64,000 nucleotides of DNA, taken from NCBI GenBank assembly GCA_944393465.1, contig CALYAG010000003.1, forward strand, positions 40,404-104,403, given 5' to 3'. The notes below the pieces were generated by a model, which was not told the origin of the DNA, did no database searches, and saw only the letters and a program-made list of their open reading frames with translations. This document shows, one piece after another, positions 53,046 through 63,325 of the stretch. The translations under genes were made by a program, and so were the position numbers. This DNA is from an uncultured Clostridia bacterium (GTDB lineage Bacteria > Bacillota > Clostridia > TANB77 > CAG-508). Each line of letters opens with the position of its first letter. Within the stretch, counting starts at the first letter, position 1.

Positions 53046-54665
53046 TTATGCTGATTTTCTAAGTTCCATTGCGTGCATTCTTGCAGTCTCAGTTATTTCT
53101 CCATTTGAAATTCTGGCAACTTCGTTTATAACCTCTTCTTCATTTAATTTTTTTACTTGTGTAAATGTTCTACCTTCTTTTGATATTTTACTTATATAGA
53201 AGTTTTCATCACCTTTGGCAGCAATGCTTGGTTGATGTGTAATGCATAATACTTGGTAGCTTTTTCCTATTAGTTTTAACTTTTCTCCTACAGATTTTGC
53301 AGCTTTTCCACTAATTCCTGTATCTATTTCGTCAAAGATTAATACTGGTGTACTATCTGTATTTGCTAAAACTGTTTTTATTGCTAGCATTATTCTCGAC
53401 ATTTCACCACCAGATGCTATTTTGGCAAGTTCTTTTTCATTTTCGCCTATATTTGTTGAAATGTAGTATTCTACCTCGTCTGTACCATTTTTGTTAAATT
53501 CTACTTGATTTATGTGTGTTATAAATTTGCTATTTGGCATCTCTAAGTCGGCTAACTCTTTATTTATTTTGCTATCTAACACTTTAGCATTAGTTACTCT
53601 TATTTCATGCATTTTATCTGCTAAATTTTGCATTTTTGTTTCTACTCGTTTAAGTTCTTGCTTTAATTTGTTATTGTATTCATCTAAATTATTTATTCTA
53701 TCTATTTCTTTTTCTATTTTGTCTTTGTATTCTAGTATTTCTTCTACAGTATTTCCATATTTTCTTTTTAAAGAGTAGATTAAGTCAAGTCTTTCTTCTA
53801 CTTCATTTCTTTCGTTCTCATCAAAATACATATCTGAATTAAGTGATGATATATCTCTTGAAAGTTCTTGTACTTCATAATAAATGCTCTTTAAATTATT
53901 TAATGTGTCTTCATATTTTTTATCTAAATCACTTATTTTTTCTATGGCCCTAATTGCCTCATTAATTTTATCTATTGCACCTTCGCCAAGTGATAAATCT
54001 GCTTGATTTAGGCTTTTGCCTATTTTTTCTGAATTCATGAAAAACTTTCTTTTTTCTTCTAGTTCTTCTTCTTCACCTAGCTTTAATTCGGCATTTTCTA
54101 TTTCATCAAATTCATATTGAAGTAAGCTTAGTTGTCTTTGCTTTTCTTTGTCATCACCTAAATTAACTTTTAGCTCTTTTTTTATATCTTGTCTTTTGTT
54201 ATATAAATCTTTATACTCATTTTTTATTTGAAGTAAGTCATTGCCAATAAAATTATCTAAATATTTAATGTGATACTTTGGATTAAGTATTTTTTGATTA
54301 TCGTTCTGACCATGTATGTCTATTATGTTACTCATGAACTCTTTAAGTTCTGTTAAGGTAACTAATCTACCATTTATTTTACAAGAATTTTTGCCATTTG
54401 AATGGATTTCTCTACTGACTATTATATTATTTTCTATTGCTAAGTCATTGTTTGGAAGATATAAATTAAGCTCAACAAAAGAATAGGTTTCACCCCTTCT
54501 TATCATTTCTTTTGAAAATCTACCTCCACATATTATACTAATAGAGTCTATTATTAAAGTTTTACCTGCGCCTGTTTCACCAGTAAGCACGTTAAAGCCT
54601 TCTCCTAGCTCTATGCTTAAATCATCTATTATTCCTATATTTTTAATATGTAGAGTTGTTATCAT
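53046..54665 (-). CDS. recN: DNA repair protein RecN
   Basis: 539 aa with an N-terminal SMC-like Walker A (GETGAGKT), a long coiled coil and a C-terminal signature/Walker B (LIFDEIDTGISG). Confidence 0.85.
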   Translation of the reverse strand: MITTLHIKNIGIIDDLSIELGEGFNVLTGETGAGKTLIIDSISIICGGRFSKEMIRRGETYSFVELNLYLPNNDLAIENNIIVSREIHSNGKNSCKINGRLVTLTELKEFMSNIIDIHGQNDNQKILNPKYHIKYLDNFIGNDLLQIKNEYKDLYNKRQDIKKELKVNLGDDKEKQRQLSLLQYEFDEIENAELKLGEEEELEEKRKFFMNSEKIGKSLNQADLSLGEGAIDKINEAIRAIEKISDLDKKYEDTLNNLKSIYYEVQELSRDISSLNSDMYFDENERNEVEERLDLIYSLKRKYGNTVEEILEYKDKIEKEIDRINNLDEYNNKLKQELKRVETKMQNLADKMHEIRVTNAKVLDSKINKELADLEMPNSKFITHINQVEFNKNGTDEVEYYISTNIGENEKELAKIASGGEMSRIMLAIKTVLANTDSTPVLIFDEIDTGISGKAAKSVGEKLKLIGKSYQVLCITHQPSIAAKGDENFYISKISKEGRTFTQVKKLNEEEVINEVARISNGEITETARMHAMELRKSA

Positions 54666-54821
54666 TATTTATTCCTCCTAACATTTTGTCTAAATGCGTA
54701 GTTTACTTAATTTGCGTGTTTCTTATTTTAATATGCCATTCTTAATAAAGTCACCTGAACTTTTGTTCGTATATATTATACATACATTTGTTTGCTATGT
54801 CAAGAGGTTTTTAAAATTTTT

Positions 54822-54920
54822 TGTCAAATGGGACGGTTCTAAATTACACTGATTTGTGTCATTTAGAACCGTCCCATTTGAAATTTTTTCATTTTAGAAC
54901 CGTCACAAACTGAAAAAATT
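54822..54920. repeat. Palindromic dispersed repeat element, variant family 2 (GGGACGGTTCTAAAT arms)
   Basis: CAAATGGGACGGTTCTAAATT...ATTTAGAACCGTCCCATTTGA plus a third arm TTTAGAACCGTCACAAACTGAAAA. Related to family 1 but diverged. Sits between rplQ and recN. Confidence 0.75.
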
Positions 54921-54925
54921 TAAAA

Positions 54926-55447
54926 TTAAACTAATTTTAAGATAACTGTTTCTGCAGCATCTCCTCTACGCTGACCTAGCTTAATTATTTGTGTATATCC
55001 ACCGTCTCGATCTGTGTATCTTGGTGCGATTACATTAAATAATTTGTCTGTTAAGTCTATTGGAGTACCTTCATTATCTTTTACTTTATTTAATTTTGTC
55101 ATCATTTTTCTTCTAGCATTTAATCTTGATGGCTTGTCTTTTTGTCTTTTTTCCATTTTTTCTTCTTTAACAACTTTTAGGAATTCTTTTCCATTTTTGC
55201 TTTTTACTAATTCAGTTTCTTTATTTCCCTTGCTGTCGCGTTTTGCTTTTACAACTTTTACTTCTACTTCATCAAAGTTGTCTTTTTCTTTAACAGCAAG
55301 TGCTATTAGGCTATCTACTATAGCTTTTACTTCTTTAGCTCTAGCTTCAGTTGTTTGAATTTGCTCATGCCAAATTAGGTCTGTTGACAAGTTTTTTAGC
55401 ATTGCTAGTCTAATGTCAGTAGTTTTTCCTAATTTTCTATTTGCCAT
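54926..55447 (-). CDS. rplQ: 50S ribosomal protein L17 with a ~60-aa Lys/Glu-rich internal insertion
   Basis: 173 aa vs ~115-125 typical. Conserved ends (MANRKLGKTTDIRLAMLKNLSTDL...TTEARAKE... and ...RYTDRDGGYTQIIKLGQRRGD) flank an insertion KEKDNFDEVEVKVVKAKRDSKGNKETELVKSKNGKEFLKVVKEEKMEKRQKDK. Confidence 0.85.
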   Translation of the reverse strand: MANRKLGKTTDIRLAMLKNLSTDLIWHEQIQTTEARAKEVKAIVDSLIALAVKEKDNFDEVEVKVVKAKRDSKGNKETELVKSKNGKEFLKVVKEEKMEKRQKDKPSRLNARRKMMTKLNKVKDNEGTPIDLTDKLFNVIAPRYTDRDGGYTQIIKLGQRRGDAAETVILKLV

Positions 55448-55519
55448 TTTACCTTTCCTCCTATTCTTGGTTACATTTCATAATTTGCCTTTTAAAAGAT
55501 TATTTCTTTATTTTCTTGC

Positions 55520-56467
55520 TTATTCTTCTTCTTTGGTTAAATCTAAGCCTAAGTCGTGTAATTTTGCTATTACTTCTTCTAATGATTTTTTGCCTAAATT
55601 CTTAACTTTCATCATATCATTTTCTGTTTTATTAGCTAAATCACCAACTGTTGATATTCCTGATCTTTTTAAGCAGTTGAATGATCTTACAGATAATTCT
55701 AAGTCTTCTATAGGCATTTCTAAGATTTTTTCCTTCTTATTTTCTTCTTTTTCAATCATTATTTGAGTATTTTTTGCTGTTTCTGATAAATCTACAAATA
55801 ATTTTAAGTGTTCTGTAAGAACTTTTGCAGCTAAGCTTAATGCTTCATATGGCTCTAAGCTTCCGTCTGTCCATAATTCTATTGTTAATTTATCATAGTC
55901 AACCATTTGACCAACTCTAGTATTTTCTACTGAGTAGTTTACTTTTTTAACTGGTGAATAGATAGAATCTATTGCTATTACTCCAATTGGCTGATTTGGT
56001 GTTTTATTTTTTTCTGCAGTATTATATCCTCTTCCCATATCTGCGCACATTTCCATATTTAGTTTTCCACCTTTTGAAACTGTTGCAATATGTAAGTCTG
56101 GATTTAATATTTCTACTGTACCATCTGTAATAATGTCTCCGGCTTTTACCTCGCCTTCACCTTCGAAGTTAATTCTAAGTGTTTTTTCTTCGTTTTTGTC
56201 CATTTTTATTCTTACCATTTTTAGGTTTAGAATTATTTCTGGAACATCTTCTACTACATTTGGTATTGTAGTGAATTCGTGTTGAGCACCGTCAATTTTT
56301 ACACTCTTTATTGCACATCCTGGTAATGATGAAAGTAGTATTCTTCTTAATGAATTTCCGATAGTGATACCATAACCACGCTCTAGTGGCTCACATACAA
56401 ATTTTGCATATTTTTTTTCATCATCTATCTCCAAACATTTAATATTTGGCTTTTCGAATTCTATCAT
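55520..56467 (-). CDS. rpoA: DNA-directed RNA polymerase subunit alpha
   Basis: 315 aa with N-terminal dimerisation and C-terminal CTD domains. Canonical position between rpsD and rplQ. Confidence 0.95.
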   Translation of the reverse strand: MIEFEKPNIKCLEIDDEKKYAKFVCEPLERGYGITIGNSLRRILLSSLPGCAIKSVKIDGAQHEFTTIPNVVEDVPEIILNLKMVRIKMDKNEEKTLRINFEGEGEVKAGDIITDGTVEILNPDLHIATVSKGGKLNMEMCADMGRGYNTAEKNKTPNQPIGVIAIDSIYSPVKKVNYSVENTRVGQMVDYDKLTIELWTDGSLEPYEALSLAAKVLTEHLKLFVDLSETAKNTQIMIEKEENKKEKILEMPIEDLELSVRSFNCLKRSGISTVGDLANKTENDMMKVKNLGKKSLEEVIAKLHDLGLDLTKEEE

Positions 56468-56623
56468 TTTTACCTCCTAATAATTTGAGATTACCTCTCT
56501 TTTATAAAACTTAGTAATATAAAATTAGTTTTAATTTTTATAATCATATAATGTAATATCTTTTAATTTTAAGAATTTACATTTTGCAAACATCCGTAAT
56601 TTTATTATACTAATTAAAACCTA

Positions 56624-57250
56624 TTATTTAGAGTAAAGCTCTACTATTAAATGCTCTTCAACTGGTAGATCTACATCTTCTCTATCAGCTAATCTGACTA
56701 CTTTACCACTTAATTTTTCGCTATCTTTTTCTAACCATGTTGGAACTGGTCTTGAGCTATTAACTTCAATAGCCTGTTTGATTGTTCCATTGTCTTTTTT
56801 AATTTCTCTTACTGATATTACATCTCCAGCTTTTACAATGTATGATGGAATATTAACTTTCTTTCCATTTACATCAAAAGCTCCATGTGTTACAAGCATT
56901 CTTGCTTGAGCTCTTGAACTAGCAAAACCTAGTCTATATACTACGTTGTCTAGTCTGCTTTCTAGTAATTGTAGTAAAACTTCACCTGTTTTACCTTTTG
57001 TATTAGATGCCATTTCAAAGTATTTTCTGAATTGTTTTTCTCCAACACCATAGAATGACTTTGTTTTTTGTTTTTCTCTTAATTGTGTACCGTATTCAGA
57101 AAGTTTTGCTTTCTTTTGACCATTTTGTCCTGGAGCATAGTTTCTTCTGCTTATGCTGCATTTGTCTGAATAACATCTTTCGCCTTTAAGGAATAATTTT
57201 TGTCCTTCTCTACGGCATATACGGCACTGTTCGTCCTTATATCTTGACAT
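56624..57250 (-). CDS. rpsD: 30S ribosomal protein S4
   Basis: 208 aa. N-terminal zinc-ribbon-like [18 protein letters not shown] and an S4 RNA-binding domain. Confidence 0.95.
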   Translation of the reverse strand: MSRYKDEQCRICRREGQKLFLKGERCYSDKCSISRRNYAPGQNGQKKAKLSEYGTQLREKQKTKSFYGVGEKQFRKYFEMASNTKGKTGEVLLQLLESRLDNVVYRLGFASSRAQARMLVTHGAFDVNGKKVNIPSYIVKAGDVISVREIKKDNGTIKQAIEVNSSRPVPTWLEKDSEKLSGKVVRLADREDVDLPVEEHLIVELYSK

Positions 57251-57271
57251 TTTATATCCTCCTTTTTAGAA

Positions 57272-57670
57272 TTAAACTCTTCTTCTTTTTGGTGGTCTAC
57301 AACCATTGTGTGGGATTGGTGTTACATCTCTTATTGATGTAATTTCTAATCCTGCTGTTTGTAATGCTCTTATTGCAGATTCACGTCCTGCTCCTGGGCC
57401 TTTAACATATACTTCTACTGTTTTTAGTCCATGTTCCATTGCTGCTTTTGCTGCTGTTTCAGCAACTTCTCCAGCTGCAAATGGTGTACTTTTTCTTGAA
57501 CCTTTGAATCCAAGTCCTCCAGCACTTGCCCAAGATATTGTGTTACCTTGAACGTCTGAAATTGTAACTATTGTATTATTAAAACTAGAATGGATATGTG
57601 CTTTTCCACTTTCAATGTTTTTGCTTACTCTTCTTCTAGTTGTAACTTTTTTTGCTGACTTTGTAGCCAT
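57272..57670 (-). CDS. rpsK: 30S ribosomal protein S11
   Basis: 132 aa with a conserved S11 core ([16 protein letters not shown]...W.S.G). Confidence 0.95.
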   Translation of the reverse strand: MATKSAKKVTTRRRVSKNIESGKAHIHSSFNNTIVTISDVQGNTISWASAGGLGFKGSRKSTPFAAGEVAETAAKAAMEHGLKTVEVYVKGPGAGRESAIRALQTAGLEITSIRDVTPIPHNGCRPPKRRRV

Positions 57671-57688
57671 TATTTTTCTCCTTTCACA

Positions 57689-58063
57689 TTATTTTGTTGC
57701 TGCTTTGCTCTTGCTAACCAATTTTCTTGGTCCTTTTCTTGTACGAGCATTTGTTTTTGTTCTTTGTCCTCTAACTGGTAAACCTTTTCTATGTCTTAGA
57801 CCTCTATAGCATCCCATTTCAACAAGTTGTTTAATGTTTAAAGCTACTTCTCTTCTTAAATCACCTTCAACAGTGTATCCATCCATAGCTTTTCTTATTG
57901 CTTGTTCTTGTTCTGCTGTTAAGTCTTTAACTCTAGTATCTGGGTTAACTCCAGCTTCTTTTAGTATTTTTTGAGAACTTTTTAAACCTATACCATAAAT
58001 GTATGTTAGTCCTATTTCTACCCTTTTTTCTTTAGGTAAATCAACTCCTGCTAAACGAGCCAT
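57689..58063 (-). CDS. rpsM: 30S ribosomal protein S13
   Basis: 124 aa. [10 protein letters not shown]...YGIG... conserved start. Confidence 0.95.
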   Translation of the reverse strand: MARLAGVDLPKEKRVEIGLTYIYGIGLKSSQKILKEAGVNPDTRVKDLTAEQEQAIRKAMDGYTVEGDLRREVALNIKQLVEMGCYRGLRHRKGLPVRGQRTKTNARTRKGPRKLVSKSKAATK

Positions 58064-58272
58064 ATTTGCACCTCTTTCTTAATATTTTGAATTGTTTGTT
58101 TATTTTTGCTCTAAAGGTGAAATGCATTAAATATTTTTAGTATAAATACGCATAGAAAGGTTTTAGCATATTTACATAAAAATATTTAATCTTTAGGAAA
58201 AAATAAACATATATATAAACACAAATCTAAAATCAGCCGCTTGCTAGATTTGTGTTAATACCAAAAATAAAA

Positions 58273-58386
58273 TTAACCTTGTCTTTGTTTATGCTTTGGA
58301 TTTTCGCATATAACTCTTATTACACCTTTTCTTTTGATAACTTTGCACTTGTCGCACATTTTCTTTACAGATGGTCTTACCTTCAT
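58273..58386 (-). CDS. rpmJ: 50S ribosomal protein L36
   Basis: Not in the ORF track (too short). Hand translation of the minus strand gives [37 protein letters not shown] (37 aa), the canonical zinc-ribbon L36, with GGAGGTG 7 nt upstream. Confidence 0.9.
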   Translation of the reverse strand: MKVRPSVKKMCDKCKVIKRKGVIRVICENPKHKQRQG

Positions 58387-58494
58387 TTTGAACACCTCCT
58401 ATTTGTTAGCCTTGTGCTTATATGTGAAGTCAAGCACCATTTATAGTACCTCACTTCACACTAAAGCCAGTAGGCTTTTGTATTTTTTTATAAT

Positions 58495-58713
58495 TTATTT
58501 AGCTCTCCAAGTTATTCTACCTTTTGTTAAGTCATATGGTGATAACTCTACTTTAACTTTGTCGCCTGGTAAAATTTTGATGTAGTTCATTCTTAATTTA
58601 CCAGAAATGTGAGCTAGAATTTCATGTCCATTTTCTAATTTTACTTTAAATAAAGTGTTAGGTAATGCTTCTGAAACAACACCTTCAACTTCAATAACAT
58701 CTTCTTTAGACAA
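58495..58713 (-). CDS. infA: Translation initiation factor IF-1
   Basis: 72 aa with an S1-like OB fold and strong conservation ([23 protein letters not shown]...AHISGK.R). Confidence 0.95.
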   Translation of the reverse strand: MSKEDVIEVEGVVSEALPNTLFKVKLENGHEILAHISGKLRMNYIKILPGDKVKVELSPYDLTKGRITWRAK

Positions 58714-58877
58714 AATTTATTCCCCCTATAATATTTAAAACTAAAATGATAAAAATTGAATTGTGTATGAAGAGTACATTAATCAACTTTTATGGCATTT
58801 TAAAATTTACAAGTTTACATATTGGAAAAACATAAGACAGTTTTTCACAATAGCTATTATATTATATAATATTTTTA

Positions 58878-59645
58878 TTATAATGTCAATATTTCTGGCT
58901 CTTTTTCTGTAATTAAAATTGTATTTTCGTAGTGAGCAGATAAACTTTCGTCTACTGTCCATATTGACCAACCATCATCGCCTTCGCAAATTTCAGGTGA
59001 ACCTGCTACAACCATTGGCTCAATTGCTAGAGTCATGCCAGGTTCAAGCCTTATGCCTTTTCCTGCTTTACCGTAGTTTGGAATGCCTGGGTCTTCATGC
59101 ATTTCTCTGCCTATGCCATGTCCTTGAAATTCTTTTATAACATCAAATCCATTTGCTTGTACAAAAGCTCCTATTGCATGACTTATGTCACCTAGTCTGT
59201 TACCTTTTTTAGCATATTTTATGCCTTCAAAGAATGATTGTTTTGTGACTTCTATTAATCTTTTGGCTTCTTCTGATACTTCACCTACACAGTAAGTCCT
59301 TGCACAGTCTCCATTGAAGCCATCTTTGTATGCAACTAAGTCAACACTTATAATGTCGCCTTCTCTTAAAATTGTATGTTTTGATGGTATTCCGTGAATA
59401 ATGTTGTCATTTATTGATGCACAAATAGATGCTGGAAAGTCTGGAACTCCTTTCATTCCGCTTGGGTAACCTTTTTCTGCAGGTATTGCTCCATTTTCTC
59501 TCATAGTAGTTTCTGCTATTTTATCTAGCTCCCATGTTGAAACTCCTGGCTTGATAGCTCTTTCTATTGCTTTTTGTGCTAAGTTTGCTACTCTACAAGC
59601 CTCTCTCATTTTTTCTATTTCATTTTTTGATTTTATATATACCAT
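58878..59645 (-). CDS. map: Type I methionyl aminopeptidase
   Basis: 255 aa with metal-binding D, D, H, E, E residues in the conserved contexts (...VDLV..K.GF.GD...HGIG...). Confidence 0.9.
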   Translation of the reverse strand: MVYIKSKNEIEKMREACRVANLAQKAIERAIKPGVSTWELDKIAETTMRENGAIPAEKGYPSGMKGVPDFPASICASINDNIIHGIPSKHTILREGDIISVDLVAYKDGFNGDCARTYCVGEVSEEAKRLIEVTKQSFFEGIKYAKKGNRLGDISHAIGAFVQANGFDVIKEFQGHGIGREMHEDPGIPNYGKAGKGIRLEPGMTLAIEPMVVAGSPEICEGDDGWSIWTVDESLSAHYENTILITEKEPEILTL

Positions 59646-59650
59646 TTTAA

Positions 59651-60310
59651 TTACCTTCTTTTATTGATTCTTTTTTCAGCTTCACTTGTTGTGTCTTCCT
59701 TTGTTGTTTCTGAATATATGTTTATTGGAATAGATTCTAATAAATCTGCCTTTTTGTAATATTCAATAAGTGGCTCAGTATTTTGGTGATAAACATCTAA
59801 TCTTTGTTTAATAGTCTCAGGTTCATCATCTTTTCTCTTAATAAGAGGTGAACCACATCTATCACAAATGCCTTCTACTTTTGGAGGCATAAATACAGTA
59901 TTGTATGATGCTCCACATTCTTTGTTTGAACAAATTACTCTGCTTGATGTTCTAACAACTATGTCTTTATCTGGAACATCTAAGTTAATTACAGCTGTAA
60001 TTTTTTTGCCTTTTTCAGCTAAATATTTATCTAAAGCCTCTGCCTGTGGTATTGTTCTTGGGAAACCATCTAATAAGACATTATCCATCTCATCAAGTTT
60101 TCCCTCAACCATTGCTATTGTAATTTCATCTGGTACTAACTTTCCCTGTGACATATATTGTTCAGCTTTTTTGCCTAATTCTGTTTGTCTTTTCATTTCA
60201 TCTCTGAATATATCTCCTGTTGCTAAATGAACTAAATTATATCTATTACAAATTTCATTTCCTATTGTTCCTTTTCCGCTTCCTGGAGCGCCTAACATTA
60301 TAATATACAT
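59651..60310 (-). CDS. adk: Adenylate kinase
   Basis: 219 aa. P-loop GAPGSGKGT and a LID domain with a C..C...C..C zinc knuckle (CSNKECG...CDRCG). AAAGGAAG RBS ahead of the ATG at 60310. Confidence 0.9.
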   Translation of the reverse strand: MYIIMLGAPGSGKGTIGNEICNRYNLVHLATGDIFRDEMKRQTELGKKAEQYMSQGKLVPDEITIAMVEGKLDEMDNVLLDGFPRTIPQAEALDKYLAEKGKKITAVINLDVPDKDIVVRTSSRVICSNKECGASYNTVFMPPKVEGICDRCGSPLIKRKDDEPETIKQRLDVYHQNTEPLIEYYKKADLLESIPINIYSETTKEDTTSEAEKRINKRR

Positions 60311-60328
60311 ACTTTTCTTCCTTTCTTT

Positions 60329-60494
60329 TTCAGCTGGGGACGGTCCTAAAATGAAAATTTAATTTTTTATTTAAATCACGTCCCAAATTATAAATTTTCG
60401 TTTTAGGACCGTCCCCAACTGAAAAATTTATTTTTTATTTAAATCACGTCCCAAATTATAAATTTTCGTTTTAGGACCGTCCCCAACTGAAAAT
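60329..60494. repeat. Palindromic dispersed repeat element (family 1) tandemly duplicated at the secY-adk junction
   Basis: Two ~80-bp units in direct tandem: CAGCTGGGGACGGTCCTAAAATGAAAA...CACGTCCCAAATTATAAATTTTCGTTTTAGGACCGTCCCCAACTGAAAA. The second copy is near-identical (60409-60494). Confidence 0.85.
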
Positions 60495-60588
60495 TCTCGT
60501 GTTTTTAGCCGTATATATTTTAGTACTTTTTTTATTATTTGTCAATAAAAATGAACTTTAGGATTTGCCCCAAAGTTCAAATTATAGT

Positions 60589-61911
60589 TTATTCTAAGAA
60601 ACCTTTGTAATGTCTCATTACTAATTGTGATTGTAATTGCTGACTTAGCTCTATTGCAACACCAACAACAATTAAGATTGATGTTCCGCCAAATGCTGTA
60701 TTAAATCCTGTGAATCTTGTTAGCATTGGTAGTATAGCTATTGCTGCTAAAAATAATCCACCAAATAATACTACTTTTGATAATACTGATGATAAGTAGT
60801 CAGCAGTTGGTTTTCCGGCTCTAATGCCTGGAATGAATCCACCATTTTGTTTAATGTTGTTTGCAACTTCTGCTGGGTTAAATGTTGCATAAGTATAGAA
60901 GTAAGTGAACCCTACAATTAACAATAAGTATATAATAGCATTTATTATTGTATATTGCCATCCAACACTTGATGACGATGTTGCTATTGATAGATTGTAT
61001 ATTACTCTCCAGAAACCTGTTTGAGTTTCTATATCACTTACAAATAATTGTATTATCATTGCTGGGAATGTCATAAATGATGAAGCAAATATTATTGGCA
61101 TAACACTTGCCATTGCTGGCTTGATTGGTATATGTGTATTTTGAGCTCCAACCATTCTTCTTCCAACAACTTTTTTAGAATATTGTACTGGTATTCTTCT
61201 TTCTGCTAATTGTACAAATACTACTCCTGTTATAAGTACAAGTACACCTATTAAAATTCCTATTGCAGTTAAAAGTCCTGTTGTGCTAAACTGTCCATCT
61301 ACAATTACTCCACTTGCTACTGCAACAACAGCACTAGGTAAAGATGATACTATACCTGCAAATATTAGCATTGAAATACCATTACCAATACCTTTTGATG
61401 TGATTTTATCTCCTAACCACATAAGTAGTGATGCTCCAGCCATAAGTGAAATAACTACAACTGCACCTGTTAAAGCACCTTCATCAACAAATATTCCTGA
61501 AGATCTATATGATAGATAAATTCCTAAGCCCTCAATTAAAGCTAATGCTAAAGTGATAATCTTAGTTATTCTATCTATTTTCTTTCTTCCTTCTTCTCCA
61601 CCTTCTTTAGTTAATCTTTCTAAAGATGGTATAATCATTCCAAGTAATTGAACAACTATTGATGCTGTAATGTATGGTGTTATAGACATTGCAAATATTG
61701 ATAATCTAGAAAAAGCACCACCAGATATCATATTTATCATACCTGTAACACTATTTGAATATGCATCCATAGAAGACTCTAATGTTACTATATCAACACC
61801 TGGTATTGTTATGTAACAACCTAATCTAAAGATTACTAATAACAATAATGTGTATAATATTTTCTTTCTAATTTCAGGAGTTTTAAGAGCGTTTTTTATT
61901 GTCTTTAGCAA
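60589..61911 (-). CDS. secY: Preprotein translocase subunit SecY
   Basis: 440 aa with 10 TM helices. Conserved at the end of the spc operon between rplO and adk. Confidence 0.95.
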   Translation of the reverse strand: MLKTIKNALKTPEIRKKILYTLLLLVIFRLGCYITIPGVDIVTLESSMDAYSNSVTGMINMISGGAFSRLSIFAMSITPYITASIVVQLLGMIIPSLERLTKEGGEEGRKKIDRITKIITLALALIEGLGIYLSYRSSGIFVDEGALTGAVVVISLMAGASLLMWLGDKITSKGIGNGISMLIFAGIVSSLPSAVVAVASGVIVDGQFSTTGLLTAIGILIGVLVLITGVVFVQLAERRIPVQYSKKVVGRRMVGAQNTHIPIKPAMASVMPIIFASSFMTFPAMIIQLFVSDIETQTGFWRVIYNLSIATSSSSVGWQYTIINAIIYLLLIVGFTYFYTYATFNPAEVANNIKQNGGFIPGIRAGKPTADYLSSVLSKVVLFGGLFLAAIAILPMLTRFTGFNTAFGGTSILIVVGVAIELSQQLQSQLVMRHYKGFLE

Positions 61912-61912
61912 A

Positions 61913-62347
61913 CTATATCACCTCTGCCTTTCCGCCTAAAGCTTCGATTTGTTCTTTAGCAGATTTAGTGAATCTTACAGCTTTGACATTTAATTTTTTG
62001 TCAAGTTTTCCAGTTGCTATAACAACTATTCCGTCATTTTCTTTGCTTATGATTTTGTCTTTTATTAAGCTTTCAGCTGTAACATCTGTTACTGTAGATT
62101 TGTTAAGCATTGTTAATGTTACTTCTGTATAATTTTTAGCAAATTTGTTTGTGAATCCTCTCTTTGGTAATCTTCTATATAATGGTGTTTGACCACCTTC
62201 AAATCCACGTCTAACTCCTCCGCCAGATCTAGCTTTTTGACCTTTATGTCCTCTACCAGATGTTTTTCCAAGTCCTGAACCTATTCCACGTCCGACTCTT
62301 GTTTTTGCTGTTTTTGCTTGTGCTGGTTTTAATTCGTCTAATTTCAT
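61913..62347 (-). CDS. rplO: 50S ribosomal protein L15
   Basis: 144 aa. [11 protein letters not shown]...RVGRG.GSG.GKT.GRG.KGQ, the canonical Gly/Arg-rich N-terminus. Confidence 0.95.
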   Translation of the reverse strand: MKLDELKPAQAKTAKTRVGRGIGSGLGKTSGRGHKGQKARSGGGVRRGFEGGQTPLYRRLPKRGFTNKFAKNYTEVTLTMLNKSTVTDVTAESLIKDKIISKENDGIVVIATGKLDKKLNVKAVRFTKSAKEQIEALGGKAEVI

Positions 62348-62394
62348 ATGGATTACACCTCCTTAATTTATTATTAAGTTATAAATATTATTAA

Positions 62395-62883
62395 TTACAT
62401 AATATCTTCTACTTTTTTTCCTCTTTTTTTAGCTACTTGTTCAATAGTTTGCATGCTCTTTAATCCTTCTATTGTTGCATATACAACATTTCTTGGATTG
62501 TTTGTTCCTAGAACTTTAGTTCTAACATCTCTGTATCCTGCAAGTTCTAGAACTGGTCTTACACTACCTCCAGTAATAAGTCCAGTACCTTCTGCAGCTG
62601 GTTTTAGCATTACACTTGCACTACCGAATTTTCCTATATATTCATGAGGTACTGTTGTTCCTACGATTGGAACTTCTACTAAATTCTTCTTAGCATCTTC
62701 GATTGCTTTTTTGATAGCATCTGGAACTTCAGCAGCTTTTCCATTTCCTACGCCTACTTTTCCTTTTCCATCTCCAACAACAACTACTGCGCTAAATCTG
62801 AAAGTTCTACCACCTTTTACAACTTTAGCAACTCTGCTGATGGCTACAACTTTTTCTTTTAATTCAGTTTCGTTTTCTTGCAC
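62395..62883 (-). CDS. rpsE: 30S ribosomal protein S5
   Basis: 162 aa with conserved dsRBD-like and C-terminal domains ([27 protein letters not shown]). Confidence 0.95.
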   Translation of the reverse strand: MQENETELKEKVVAISRVAKVVKGGRTFRFSAVVVVGDGKGKVGVGNGKAAEVPDAIKKAIEDAKKNLVEVPIVGTTVPHEYIGKFGSASVMLKPAAEGTGLITGGSVRPVLELAGYRDVRTKVLGTNNPRNVVYATIEGLKSMQTIEQVAKKRGKKVEDIM

Positions 62884-62901
62884 TTGATTTTCCTCCTTCT
62901 C

Positions 62902-63261
62902 TTAAAAATTTAATCCGCCTTGTCTTGCACTTTCAGCTAATTCTTTTACAACTCCATGATATCTATATCCACTTCTATCAAATACAACGTCAACTATTTT
63001 CTTGTCTTTTGCTCTTTTTGCTATTAGAGCTCCAACTTCTTTAGCTGCTTCTTTATTTGCATGCTTTGTTTTTACTTCTTTATCCATTGTTGAAGCACTT
63101 ACTAAAGTATTTCCATTAACGTCATCTATAATTTGAGCATAGATATTTGTATTACTTCTATACATACAAAGTCTTGGGCATTCAGGTGTTCCACTGATTT
63201 TTCTACGAACTCTTGCATGTCTTCTATCTCTTTCAAATTTTCTATCTGTTTTAGAAATCAT
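62902..63261 (-). CDS. rplR: 50S ribosomal protein L18
   Basis: 119 aa. The ...RL.V.RSN..IYAQ.IDD..G.TL..AST.... ...VVFDR.GY.YHGRV.ALA.. pattern is present. Confidence 0.95.
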   Translation of the reverse strand: MISKTDRKFERDRRHARVRRKISGTPECPRLCMYRSNTNIYAQIIDDVNGNTLVSASTMDKEVKTKHANKEAAKEVGALIAKRAKDKKIVDVVFDRSGYRYHGVVKELAESARQGGLNF

Positions 63262-63325
63262 CGATTTTCTCCTTTCTATAATTTATTGGTATTGTAGGAA
63301 ATTCGAATTAGTATATTGCTAATTT

